Source: Macrostomum hystrix (taxonomy: Eukaryota; Animalia; Platyhelminthes). Taken from it: DNA of 64,000 nt. Where the stretch lies: positions 6,262,001 through 6,326,000 of the forward strand of contig CATNEN010000029.1 in NCBI GenBank assembly GCA_950097015.1. Reading direction: 5' to 3'. How positions within the stretch are numbered: position 1 is the first letter of the stretch; every line of letters starts with the position of its first letter. The notes under the pieces are model-generated. The model made no database searches, was not told where the DNA came from, and saw only the letters and a program-made list of their open reading frames with translations. Positions 34,601 through 46,600 of this stretch are shown here, in pieces. The position numbers were made by a program, and so were the translations under genes.

Positions 34601-37600
34601 GCTTGTCGGCTGACATTACTTAACAGAAAGTGTACCAGCTGATAGGGTATTGTTTTTTCAATCCCCATTTTCAGCGTCATTCTTCAACTTCCGCAGTTGG
34701 GCATGCAAATAATAGAAAAATGTTGCTTGTATTTTATTCCCCGTGTAGGAAGACAGACACGCTTTCCTAGTTTTTAATCCCAATAGAAAATTTTTATTGA
34801 GTTCATTGTCTCAGGGCCTAGTTGAGTTGGGTTTGTTTCCGGGCGGCGGCGGCGGCACGAGAGAAAAATGAGAGAGACTTGGCGACAAAGATGAGGACAC
34901 AAAGACGCCGACAGATGATATACTCTCAGCTTGGCACCAGGCAGTATAGGTGATGCGGTGAGTGGAGGATGCGTATAAACCTACTCTTCATGCATAAAGA
35001 CTCAAAATTTCTAGGAAATCGATTTGGCTAGCTAACATAGGAAAACAGTATCTTTAAATATTTTTAAAGTGGGATTATGAAGTAGAACTCACCATCATCC
35101 TCCTCTTGATGCCAAAATCAAGAATGCCAAGTATCCTTTAATAAAACAATATTGGATTATCCTAGAGACAATTTTGACCATTAGCTAAAAACTGAATGCG
35201 TTCCATAAAAAAAGAATAAAAGTATTTCTAGATAAGATTGGCTCTGTTCTTTGATCCGAGCTTGATTCACTGGGACAGCTACTCAGAAGGGGCAGAAAAG
35301 CTTTCTCGTAGGGCGAGAGAGAATTGTTGATAATTGTGCTCAGAAATCATAAGATTGTTACAAATGCCGCGAATCTTCAGTGATGCCAGTTAAGGGGTTC
35401 AAGACCTGACCACGGAAACTGACTGCCTGACTGTCATCATTGATAGGTGACTGATAGGTGACTGATAGGTGACTGATAGGTGACTGATAGGTGACAATCA
35501 ACTTATGCAATCGTTTATATATAGCATTATCTGAGCTGCTTGTCGACTACCTGAAGATCTTCAATTCGATGCCTACCTAATCCTAACTCGATTCCTACCT
35601 GATCCCAACTAGATCCCTACCTGATTCCAACTCGATCTGAACATGATCCCTACCTGATCCCTACGTGATCCCAACTCGATCCCTACGTGATCCCAACTCG
35701 ATTTCTACCTGATCCCAACTCGATTCCTACCTGATCCCAACTCAATTCCTACCTGATCCCAACTCAATTCCTACCTGATCCCAACTCGATCCCTACGTGA
35801 TCCCAACTCGATCCCTACGTGATCCCAACTCGATCCCTACGTGATCCCAACTCGATCCCTACGTGACTTACGATCCCTACGATCTCTAAACTTTATCCCT
35901 ATTTGATCCCTATCTTGATCCCTGCCTTACGATTCCCAATCGATCCTTACCTGATCCCCAACTCGATCCCTACCTGATCCCAACTCGATCTGAACATGAT
36001 CCCTACCTGATCCCAACTCGATCCCTATCTGATCCCAACTCGATTCCTACCTGATCTCTAAACTTTATCCCTATTTGATCCCTATCTTGATCCCTGCCTT
36101 ACGATTCCCAATCGATCCTTACCTGATCCCCAACTCGATCCCTACCTGATCCCAACTCGATCTGAACATGATCCCTACCTGATCCCAACTCGATTCCTAC
36201 CTGATCTCTAAACTTTATCCCTATTTGATCCCTATCTTGATCCCTGCCTTACGATTCCCAATCGATCCTTACCTGATCCCCAACTCGATCCCTACCTGAT
36301 CCCAACTCGATCTGAACATGATCCCTACCTGATCCCAACTCGATCCCTATCTGATCCCAACTCGATTCCTACCTGATCTCTAAACTTTATCCCTATTTGA
36401 TCCCTATCTTGATCCCTGCCTTACGATTCCCAATCGATCCTTACCTGATCCCCAACTCGATCCCTACCTGATCCCAACTCGATCTGAACATGATACCTAC
36501 CTGATCCCAACTCGATCCCTATCTGATCCCAACTCGATTCCTACCTGATCTCTAAACTTTATCCCTATTTGATCCCTATCTTGATCCCTGCCTTACGATT
36601 CCCAATCGATCCTTACCTGATCCCCAACTCGATCCCTACCTGATCCCAACTCGATCTGAACATGATCCCTACCTGATCCCAACTCGATTCCTACCTGATC
36701 TCTAAACTTTATCCCTATTTGATCCCTATCTTGATCCCTGCCTTACGATTCCCAATCGATCCTTACCTGATCCCCAACTCGATCCCTACCTGATCCCAAC
36801 TCGATCTGAACATGATCCCTACCTGATCCCAACTCGATCCCTATCTGATCCCAACTCGATTCCTACCTGATCTCTAAACTTTATCCCTATTTGATCCCTA
36901 TCTTGATCCCTGCCTTACGATTCCCAATCGATCCTTACCTGATCCCCAACTCGATCCCTACCTGATCCCAACTCGATCTGAACATGATACCTACCTGATC
37001 CCAACTCGATCCCTATCTGATCCCAACTCGATTCCTACCTGATCTCTAAACTTTATCCCTATTTGATCCCTATCTTGATCCCTGCCTTACGATTCCCAAT
37101 CGATCCTTACCTGATCCCCAACTCGATCCCTACCTGATCCCAACTCGATCTGAACATGATCCCTACCTGATCCCAACTCGATCCCTACCTGATCCCCAAC
37201 TCGATCCCTGATCCTAGCCGCTTCTTGATCTGACATTTAATCAGATCACTAACTAGGCGATCTAGTTTCTGATAATAAAATCAAATTTCTTTTTGACAGA
37301 CTGCACATGATTAGCAAGAAAAATCAAACAGGCATGACATGACTAGAAAGTTTATACAAAATTTGAGTTGAGAACCCGATTTGAGCCGGCATATCCTCCA
37401 GGTGGGTTTGACGGAGATCAAGACAAGCCAGTAGGTGGGCATGTTTAGTCGCTTCGCATGTCAGTGGGGCTTCCGTGATGTCCCCATACAGCTCAAATCC
37501 CAAACCCGCCGTTTGGGAACAGATGGACCTGACAACCAAGCGGCTACTGGTTTTGGGCCCAGAAAAAAGACTAGCTTCATACTGACTGCTCAAGACATGC

Positions 37601-40600
37601 TCAACTTCTGCTTCCCAGTCTGCCTTGGCCGCCGAATTTCACTCTGTGTCTCGCTCTCCACAGTAGCCTGACTGGCATGTGGGCCTGCTTTCAACACAGC
37701 AGGGATAGCCACTTTGCATATAATTTGCATTGCTAATTAGCTCCCGATCCGTCTCTGTATCTGATTCCCATTGTGGGTGAGGCACTTGAGATTTGCTGCG
37801 ACATGGCAGGTTATTATTTTTTTGCTGAAAGAAAGACATTTGAATGCAACTGGTTGCTTGTTCTGCTTTTCACTTCAGTTTTCACGGGACAGAGGAACAT
37901 GGAAGGGAGAGAGGAACATGGGAGGGAGAGAGGAGCATGGGAGGGAGAGAGGAACATGGGAGGGAGAGAGGAGCATGGGAGGGAGAGAGGAACATGGGAG
38001 GGAGAGAGGAACATGGGAGGGAGAGAGGAGCATAGGAGGGAGAGAGGAACATGGGAGGGAGAGAGGAGCATGGGAGGGAGAGAGGAACATGGGAGGGAGA
38101 GAGGAGCATAGGAGGGAGAGAGGAGCATAGGAGGGAGAGAGGAACATGGGAGGGAGAGAGGAACATGGGAGGGAGAGAGGAGCATGGGAGGGAGAGAGGA
38201 ACATGGGAGGGAGAGAGGAGCATGGGAGGGAGAGAGGAGCATAGGAGGGAGAGAGGAGCATAGGAGGGAGAGAGGAGCATAGGAGGGAGAGAGGAACATG
38301 GGAGGGAGAGAGGAACATGGGAGGGAGAGAGGAGCATGGGAGGGAGAGAGTAACATGGGAGGGAGAGAGTAACATGGGAGGGAGAGAGGAACATGGGAGG
38401 GAGAGAGTAACATGGGAGGGAGAGAGGAACATGGGAGGGAGAGAGGAGCATGGGAGGGAGAGAGTAACATGGGAGGGAGAGAGTAACATGGGAGGGAGAG
38501 AGGAACATGGGAGGGAGAGAGGAGCATGGGAGGGAGAGAGTAACATGGGAGGGAGAGAGGAACATGGGAGGGAGAGAGTAACATGGGAGGGAGAGAGGAG
38601 CATGGGAGGGAGAGAGGAGCATGGGAGGGAGGAGCATGGGAGGGAGAGAGTAACATGGGAGGGAGAGAGTAACATGGGAGGGAGAGAGGAACATGGGAGG
38701 GAGAGAGGAGCATGGGAGGGAGAGAGGAACATGGGAGGGAGAGAGGAGCATGGGAGGGAGAGAGGAACATGGGAGGGAGAGAGGAGCATGGGAGGGAGAG
38801 AGTAACATGGGAGGGAGAGAGGAACATGGGAGGGAGAGAGGAACATGGGAGGGAGAGAGTAACATGGGAGGGAGAGAGTAACATGGGAGGGAGAGAGGAA
38901 CATGGGAGGGAGAGAGGAGCATGGGAGGGAGAGAGTAACATGGGAGGGAGAGAGGAACATGGGAGGGAGAAAGGAGCATGGGAGGGAGAGAGTAACATGG
39001 GAGGGAGAGAGTAACATGGGAGGGAGAGAGGAGCATGGGAGGGAGAGAGTAACATGGGAGGGAGAGAGGAACATGGGAGGGAGAGAGGAGCATGGGAGGG
39101 AGAGAGGAACATGAGAAGGAGGGTTAGAAGAGGGAAGTGAGAAGAGTGACATGCGAGCGTAACAGAGTCACGAGCAGACAGGCAGTGAGATAAAGTGGAT
39201 TGCACGGAGAGGGTAGCCGCGATCAATCTTCTAATGGCAGGTTAATCGTGCCAGAAAAACCGTCTACTGCTGGTTGAACTTTTAGTTTGGAAAATTTTCT
39301 AGGACTTCGCTTGACCGCGTGACCTGATCAGAGCCTTCTCAACCTGCTAATAAATTTTCACTCGACTCAGGCTAAATTTAACCAATTAAACTAGTACTAC
39401 CATATACTCAGGGCCTTCTCACTGACTATTTGTACAATTTTGTAGAATCATAAGTGATTCATTATCCATTTAAATCTGTTTTTTTTAACTGAGTACGAGG
39501 ACAAGGTTTCATTCATTCCAGCACAATGGGTTAACAGCGAATGAATTTTTATAAAGTCAACGTCTAGCTGTTTTTCTCGGATACGGGATAAACGATGGTT
39601 GCATTTTTTGTTTGAATCATTGTCTACTCTAATGTGTGTTTTCCATTGTTTCAATCAGCCTTTGTCCGTGAGTTATTAAGCTCGTAACTGATGAAAAATG
39701 TAAATCCTTCAATACATCTGGGAGGCTGGGGTAGGCTGACACACTGAGGGATCTGGGAGGCTGGGGTGGCTGACACACTGAGGGATCTGGGAGGCTGGGG
39801 TGGCTGACACACTGAGGGATCTGGGAGGCTGGGGTGGCTGACACACTGAGGGATCTGGGAGGCTGGGGTGGCTGACACACTGAGGGATCTGGGAGGCTGG
39901 GGTGGCTGACACACTGAGGGATCTGGGAGGCTGGGGTGGCTGACACACTGAGGGATCTGGGAGGCTGGGGTGGCTGACACACTGAGGGATCTGGGAGGCT
40001 GGGATGGCTGACACACTGAGGGATCTGGGAGGCTGGGGTGGCTGACACACTGAGGGATCTGGGAGGCTGGGGTGGCTGACACACTGAGGGATCTGGGAGG
40101 CTGGGGTGGCTGACACACTGAGGGATCTGGGAGGCTGGGATAGCTGACACACTGAGGGATAAAAGGGCCATCAATCACGGGTACTCACGGTCGCAGGAGG
40201 TGCCGGCCTGTGCGAACCTTCCCGCGCTGCACACGCAGTGGCCGCTGTTGTGCAGATCGAACCACTGACCGTTGAATCGGCAGATTCTTGACGGCGCTGG
40301 TCCGCCGCGTAGTTCGCCGCCTTCAACGCAGCGGCCGCGCACAGTTCGCAGGTCGACAGCTCGCATGTCGGCCGCGGAGTGGTGCGGCGCCGGCGTTCGG
40401 TCGAAGACTGTCAGATTGGCCACAGTCTGCGGACAGGCCATGAAATAGACGCGCACCTGGACCAATGAGACACAGGATCCGGTGTCGCGCAGGGCGATGT
40501 ACAATCCCTTGCGCTGCACTTCAAACGTGAAAACCTTCGTGTTGATGATCTTGTGCATCTGGTCCGTTTGGGGATTTTTTTCCCACTTCACATCGGGCGC

Positions 40601-43600
40601 CACCGTGTGGGCCTTCGTGAAGAAGGTGTCGCTCAGGTTGGCAGCCAGACTGGCATCGGCTGCCGAACCCGCGCTGTGCAGCACCATGAGGTCCAGGGTC
40701 TCCTTGCAGCGCTTCAGTCCGTCCGGTCGCGGGTGCTTCGCGCAGGAGCGGGTGGTGAAGCGGAGCTCCACGCTGACTGAACGGGCGTCGCGGCAGTCGA
40801 TGAAGGGGCTCCGCAGCCAGAACTCGAGGGCCTCGTCTGACTCCACCTGGCACACGGAGTACACCATGCCGCTGGCCAGTCCGGAGTTCGACTTGTACCA
40901 CTGCCATTGTTGGGAGGGTTCGGAGATCAGTGTGAGAATGCGATGCGGATGTGACCACTGCCATTGTTGGGAGGGTTCGGAGATCAGTGTGAGAATGCGA
41001 TGCGGATGTGACCACTGCCATTGTTGGGAGGGTTCGGAGATCAGTGTGAGAATGCGATGCGGATGTGACCACTGCCATTGTTGGGAGGGTTCGGAGATCA
41101 GTGTGAGAATGCGATGCGGATGTGACCACTGCCATTGTTGGGAGGGTTCAGAGATCAGTGTGAGAATGCGATGCGGATGTGACCACTGCCATTGTTGGGA
41201 GGGTTCGGAGATCAGTGTGAGAATGCGATGCGGATGTGACCACTGCCATTGTTCGCTTATCATTTTATCAATCTTTCACTAAGTCAATGCATCAGTCTCA
41301 TTAACAAGAGCACGTGAGAAAGGGATCTGACCCCTTTGACTGTGACCTTAGATATCTAAGAAATCTAGCCCAAGCTTTTCACATCAAAGCTTGTTACATC
41401 AAGGAGGCGCAAGGCAACTCAAGGCCGAACGGTAGGGGGTGGGTGGAATGCTGCCACATGGAATTTAGGCCAGCTACTTGTCGAAGACGGGTGCTGCGAG
41501 GCGTGCTGGGTTTGGGAAAGCCTGGCTCCCATCCCGCCAAAGTGTCAGGCAACGAAAGTATAGGACAGCCAATCTAACAGCCCTCCCCAAGAGTTTCTGG
41601 GAAGTGTCTTTCCCGCACCGCTGAGCACACAATTGCTCGGCGTGGGAGAAGAAAATAGGGGAGAGATTCAATAGGTAGGGAGGCTTAGGGATGAGACTAA
41701 TTGAGATTATCCATGACTGGCATGATTCTTGGAGAGCTAAAGCCAGTTCGAGGGGAAGTGTCCTCAGAGCCCTCCGCCTAACTCTTTAGCGGCAGGAATG
41801 CTTTCGCTTTTAAAGTGAACTCTGAGGTCTGGCTTGCTGCTGTTTGCTTCTTCTGAAAGCAACTTAGAAAGTTGATATGGGAATGGAATAGGATGATCTG
41901 AGAATGGAATAGGATGATCTGGGAATGGAATAGGATGATCTGGGAATGGAATAGGATGATCTGGGAATGGAATAGGAAGATCTTGGAATGGAATAGGATG
42001 ATCTGGGAATGGAATAGGATGATCTGGGAATGGAATAAGGATGATCTGGGAATGGAATAGGATGATCTGGGAATGGAATAGGATGATCTGGGAATGGAAT
42101 AGGATGATCTGGGAATGGAATAGGATGATCTGGGAATGGAATAGGATGATCTGGGAATGGAATAGGATGATCTGGGAATGGAATAAGGATGATCTGGGAA
42201 TGGAATAAGGATGATCTGGGAATGGAATAAGGATGATCTGGGAATGGAATAAGGATGATCTGGGAATGGAATAGGATGATCTGGGAATGGAATAAGGATG
42301 ATCTGGGAATGGAATAAGGATGACCTGGGAATGGAATAAGGATGACCTGGGAATGAAATAAGGATGACCTGGGAATGGAATAAGGATGACCTGGGAATGG
42401 AATAAGGATGACCTGGGAATGAAATAAGGATGACCTGGGAATGGGATAAGGTTGATCTAGGAATGGGATAAGGATGACCTGGGAATGAAATAAGGATGAC
42501 CTGGGAATGGGATAAGGATGATCCGGGAATGGGATAAGGATGACCTGGGAATGGGATAAGGTTGATCTGGGAATGGGATAAGAATGACCTGGGAATGGAA
42601 TAAGGATGATCTGGGAATGGGATAATGATGATCCGGGAATGGGATAAGGATGATCTGGGAATGGAATAGGATGACCTGGGAATGAAATAAGGATGATCTG
42701 GGAATGGAATAAGGATGATCTGGGAATGGGATAATGATGATCTAGGAATGGGATAATGATGATCCGGGAATGGGATAAGGATGATCTGGGAATGGAATTG
42801 GATGATCTGGGAATGGAATAAGGATGACCTGGGAATGGAATAGGATGATCTGGGAATGGGATAAGGATGATCTGGGAATGGAATAAGGATGACCTGGGAA
42901 TGAAATAAGGATGACCTGGGAATGGAATAGGATGACCTGGGAATGGAATAAGGATGACCTGGGAATGGAATAAGGATGATCTGGGAATGGAATAGGATGA
43001 TCTGGGAGTGGAATAAGGATGACCTGGGAATGAAATAAGGATGACCTGGGAATGGGATAAGGTTGATCTAGGAATGGGATAAGGATGACCTGGGAATGGG
43101 ATAAGGTTGATCTAGGAATGGGATAAGGTTGATCTAGGAATGGGATAAGGATGATCTAGGAATGGGATAATGATGATCCGGGAATGGGATAAGGATGATC
43201 TGGGAATGGGATAACGTTAATCTCGGAATGGGAATAGGTATAATATGGGAGTTGGAATAGGGATGATCTAAAAGGGATTAAAATTATTTTTTGAAAGCTT
43301 GGCTAATAATTTTACCTAACATATATTTATGTTAGGTATATAAATTACCAAAGCATAATGTTGAGAAAGTACTCAACTAGAGGAAGAAGTTTTCTTCTCA
43401 GAGAAGGGCCTTCCAAAACCGCAGTCCTCATTAGCGGCAAAAGCTAAAGTTAATTAGGCCAGAAAAAAGTTACTTAACATTGAAGATTTTCCTGCACCTC
43501 GTGCAATGTCTCCGACTAATTATAAAAGTGTGAGCGGAATATTTCACTGATACGAGTGCTTATGCACAGAGCCTGCCAATAGCTTGATTATCAAATAGTT

Positions 43601-46600
43601 TGGTATCGTTGAACCCATTGGAAAATGATTACCACTGAGTATATACTGACACATGCGAATGCCGATAATCAATATATCGCGGATTCGTTCTAGCTGCAGG
43701 TGGGGTCGAAATTTGAGTCCATTTACTCAAGATGGCCAACATCTCCTCCTATATGGGTAGCTCTGCGACCTAATTGACTTCCCGTGTTGCTGTGCTCACT
43801 CTGAGGAGATGAGTGCCAGCTGGGCAAACACTGATATCCCACATGCCAGCCTCCCAAATCCTCAGCCCCACCAGAGCAGCGTCATGCCTCTCTTATCTAT
43901 TGAAGTTTCCAGCTGTGAGGGTGGGATAATCCAGTTGATAAGGAAATTTTCCCGAAGCTGTCAATCAATTGAATTTCATAGTTTGCTAGACAACTCAACT
44001 CAACTCAACTCAAAGACAACAGGGTATTTAAATTACCAATTTTTTCTGCATCTCCTAAAATGCAGGACATTTGTGATAATGTTTCCGCTCCATCCGATTG
44101 AAAACAACTTCGAGAACCGCAAAACCTCGGCATCGTCGATATATTCAACGAATCTTGAATCGTGTCCGGGGTGTCTATGTCAAAAACCACATTCGGTTTG
44201 GGAGCTATCGTGAAATTGACAGTGGGTAGGTGAAATATCCCTATGGTCTTCCTACTGTTCACTGTGATTCTAGTCGTGACCCTCCGGCATTGTAGCTGGA
44301 ATTCTATAAAGGTCAAAGTTAGTAGAGGACAACCAGCACTCATGCACGAAATGCGGGCCGGCCGAGCCTAACTCCAACTTTCCCTTTGAATTCAGAGTGG
44401 ACTCAGTCAAATCGCCTGCTGGCCCAAAGCGTGTGGCGACACGTGTCCGTCAAGTCTTTTTTGTATGGGGAAAAGTTGTCTCGACTCATTTTGAGATTGT
44501 ATCAAAAAAAGAGAAAATCTATGTTAGCACTTGCGTTTGAGTTCATTCTTCAATACAACTTCCGTGACCATGGGCAGAAAATACCCATTGAAAAATTGCC
44601 TATCTATCAAAAACTTGTGCAAGTGAGTTTTCAGATATTATTCACAATATTATCATGGAATTATAATAATAGAAAGAGGTTGTAGCCTAGTGGTTAGGGC
44701 GTCGGACTCACGATTTGAAGGTCGGGGGTTCGATTCCCGACTCCACTGAAACAATTTGTGTCCTTTAGCAAGACCCTTAACTCTGCATTGCTTCAGTTCA
44801 CCCAGCTGTTAAATGGGTACCAGCATCAGCTGGGATAATTGAAGGTGGGTGTTGCGTCCCCCCAGTCCATGGACTGAACAGCTGTACGCAGCCTTCAGAT
44901 GCGCCGCGCATTCGCTGCGGCTGTGCTGTCGGCTGCACATCTGGCCCATTTGGGGCAGGTGTAATAAAAAATCTATATAAATAATAATCATATAATAGCA
45001 AGAATAACTTATTGCACCTGCCCGAATTGGGCCAGATGTGCAGAAGACAACGAGCACAGCCGCATCTGAAGGCTGCGTACGGCTGTTCGGCTGTTCAGTC
45101 CATGGACAGTCCATGAACAACTGGATGAACTGAAGCAAGGCAGAGTTAAGTGTCCTGCTAAAAGACACAAGTTGTTCGATTCGAGTCGTGAATCGAACCC
45201 CCGACCTTCAAGTCGTTAGTCCGACGCTCTAATCCACAAGGCTACAACCACAGATGATAAAATTTGAAGGCCAACAATGGCATCTCACCCCATCTTTCCT
45301 GTTCACCATCCAGTTGTCCCAGCTGCCAGTTAAATCCTTGGCCGTGTCCAGCAGAGAATCTGCAACAATATATTAGTGAGAGCTTTGAGTTGAGCTTTGA
45401 GTTGAGCTTTGAGTTGAGCTCATTCAATTCATGCTGAAATCGATCTAAGCTTTTCGGATACTTAAAAAAAACAGGCTTGAGTAATGAATGTATTGACTAT
45501 AAATATAATAGCAGTCTTGAGTAGTGAAAGACTTGAATATCCTCTCAGCCATCTCAGTTGACTTCCTTCTCAATAGAAAAAAGTCAAACTTCCATTCTCT
45601 GCCTCTCTGCAGGCGGCTCAGGGAATCCAAAACTGCTTTTTTAACGCCTCACTCTTTCTTCTTCCTCTTCTCCCAGTTTGAGCAGGGCTCGGGGGTCACG
45701 GCGGGCTTCCTGGTTAGATGAGTCCTCTGACGGGATAAAATTCCCCATACACTTTCCGCCGGTTTCGGGAAGAGATTGAGCTGGCCGCTGTTCATTTTTT
45801 CTCTGGGAAAATATCCTAATGGATCAAGAAGTAAGATGGAGAGGATAATTTGCTAAAGCAGAACGGGGGGACTTGAGCTCGCATACTCAATTACGTAGCG
45901 GCTTGAGGGATACTTTTCCCACAGACGCGGGGTTAGAACTGTGAAGGAAGCCGAGGCCTAGATGAGGCGCGGGGGAAGCTGGGATGAAGGGCAGCAGGAA
46001 TTGAATACGTACTGCCCCACTCACTGTCTAATAAGTTTCTACCGAGATCTGACCAAGAGAAACGCTGATGCTTTGACAGGCAAACCAGATTTCCAATCAT
46101 GGTTGGTCCTCTATCTCTCTGTCCTCTTTTAAAAAGGCCAAAATTCAATAAGGCGGTCACTGAGATTTTCAACCGGCAATTACTGACAGGGTAGGGTAGG
46201 AAGCTATTATAATAGTGCAGTCTGGCCGCCATTGCTTCCACTCAATCTTAATCTCTGTTCCCGCTACTGGCTATCAGCATGGGAGAAAGATAGGAAACTT
46301 TTTCTTCCCAAAGATTGCTCGATGCGGTGAAAATCATGTGATCCGTAATAATTACTGATTATTAGTTTTGATTTTGGAAATGGACTGCTCAGATGACTTC
46401 CTGTTCGATCCAAGATACAAGATTACTGAGAATGAAACGGGATTCTAGGATTTAAAAGAAGGGTATGCGAGAGTAGGAGAGGAGAGGAGAGGAGAGGAGA
46501 GGAGAGGAGAGGAGAGGAGAGGAGAGGAGAGGAGAGGAGAGGAGAGGAGAGGAGAGGAGAGGAGAGGAGAGGCGAGAAGAGGAGAGGCGAGAAGAGGAGA

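Noticed and set aside
37814-39226. 400-470-aa Pro/Ser/Leu-rich and [10 protein letters not shown] ORFs
   Set aside because: They are 19-bp minisatellite translations with no unique domain; the same applies to the ORFs at 42-501, 39629-40178, 46445-47060, 48027-49508 and 59352-59950.
40175-41263. Standalone 362-aa ORF starting MISEQWQW
   Set aside because: It has no signal peptide, and spliced exons 1-2 supply the true N-terminus. The ISEPSQQW resemblance to Eph ISYPSHGW is treated as coincidence because exon 2 already provides that segment.
44678-44750. tRNA gene (A/B boxes, CAC anticodon-like loop)
   Set aside because: The acceptor stem does not pair well, and the head continues into a multi-copy body with a tail and TSD, so it is a SINE head.
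40901-45288. Intron 2 as a transposon-created (introner) intron with TIRs
   Set aside because: The phase-0 intron before the conserved LBD Trp matches the vertebrate Eph position, so the intron is probably ancestral. There is no TSD.
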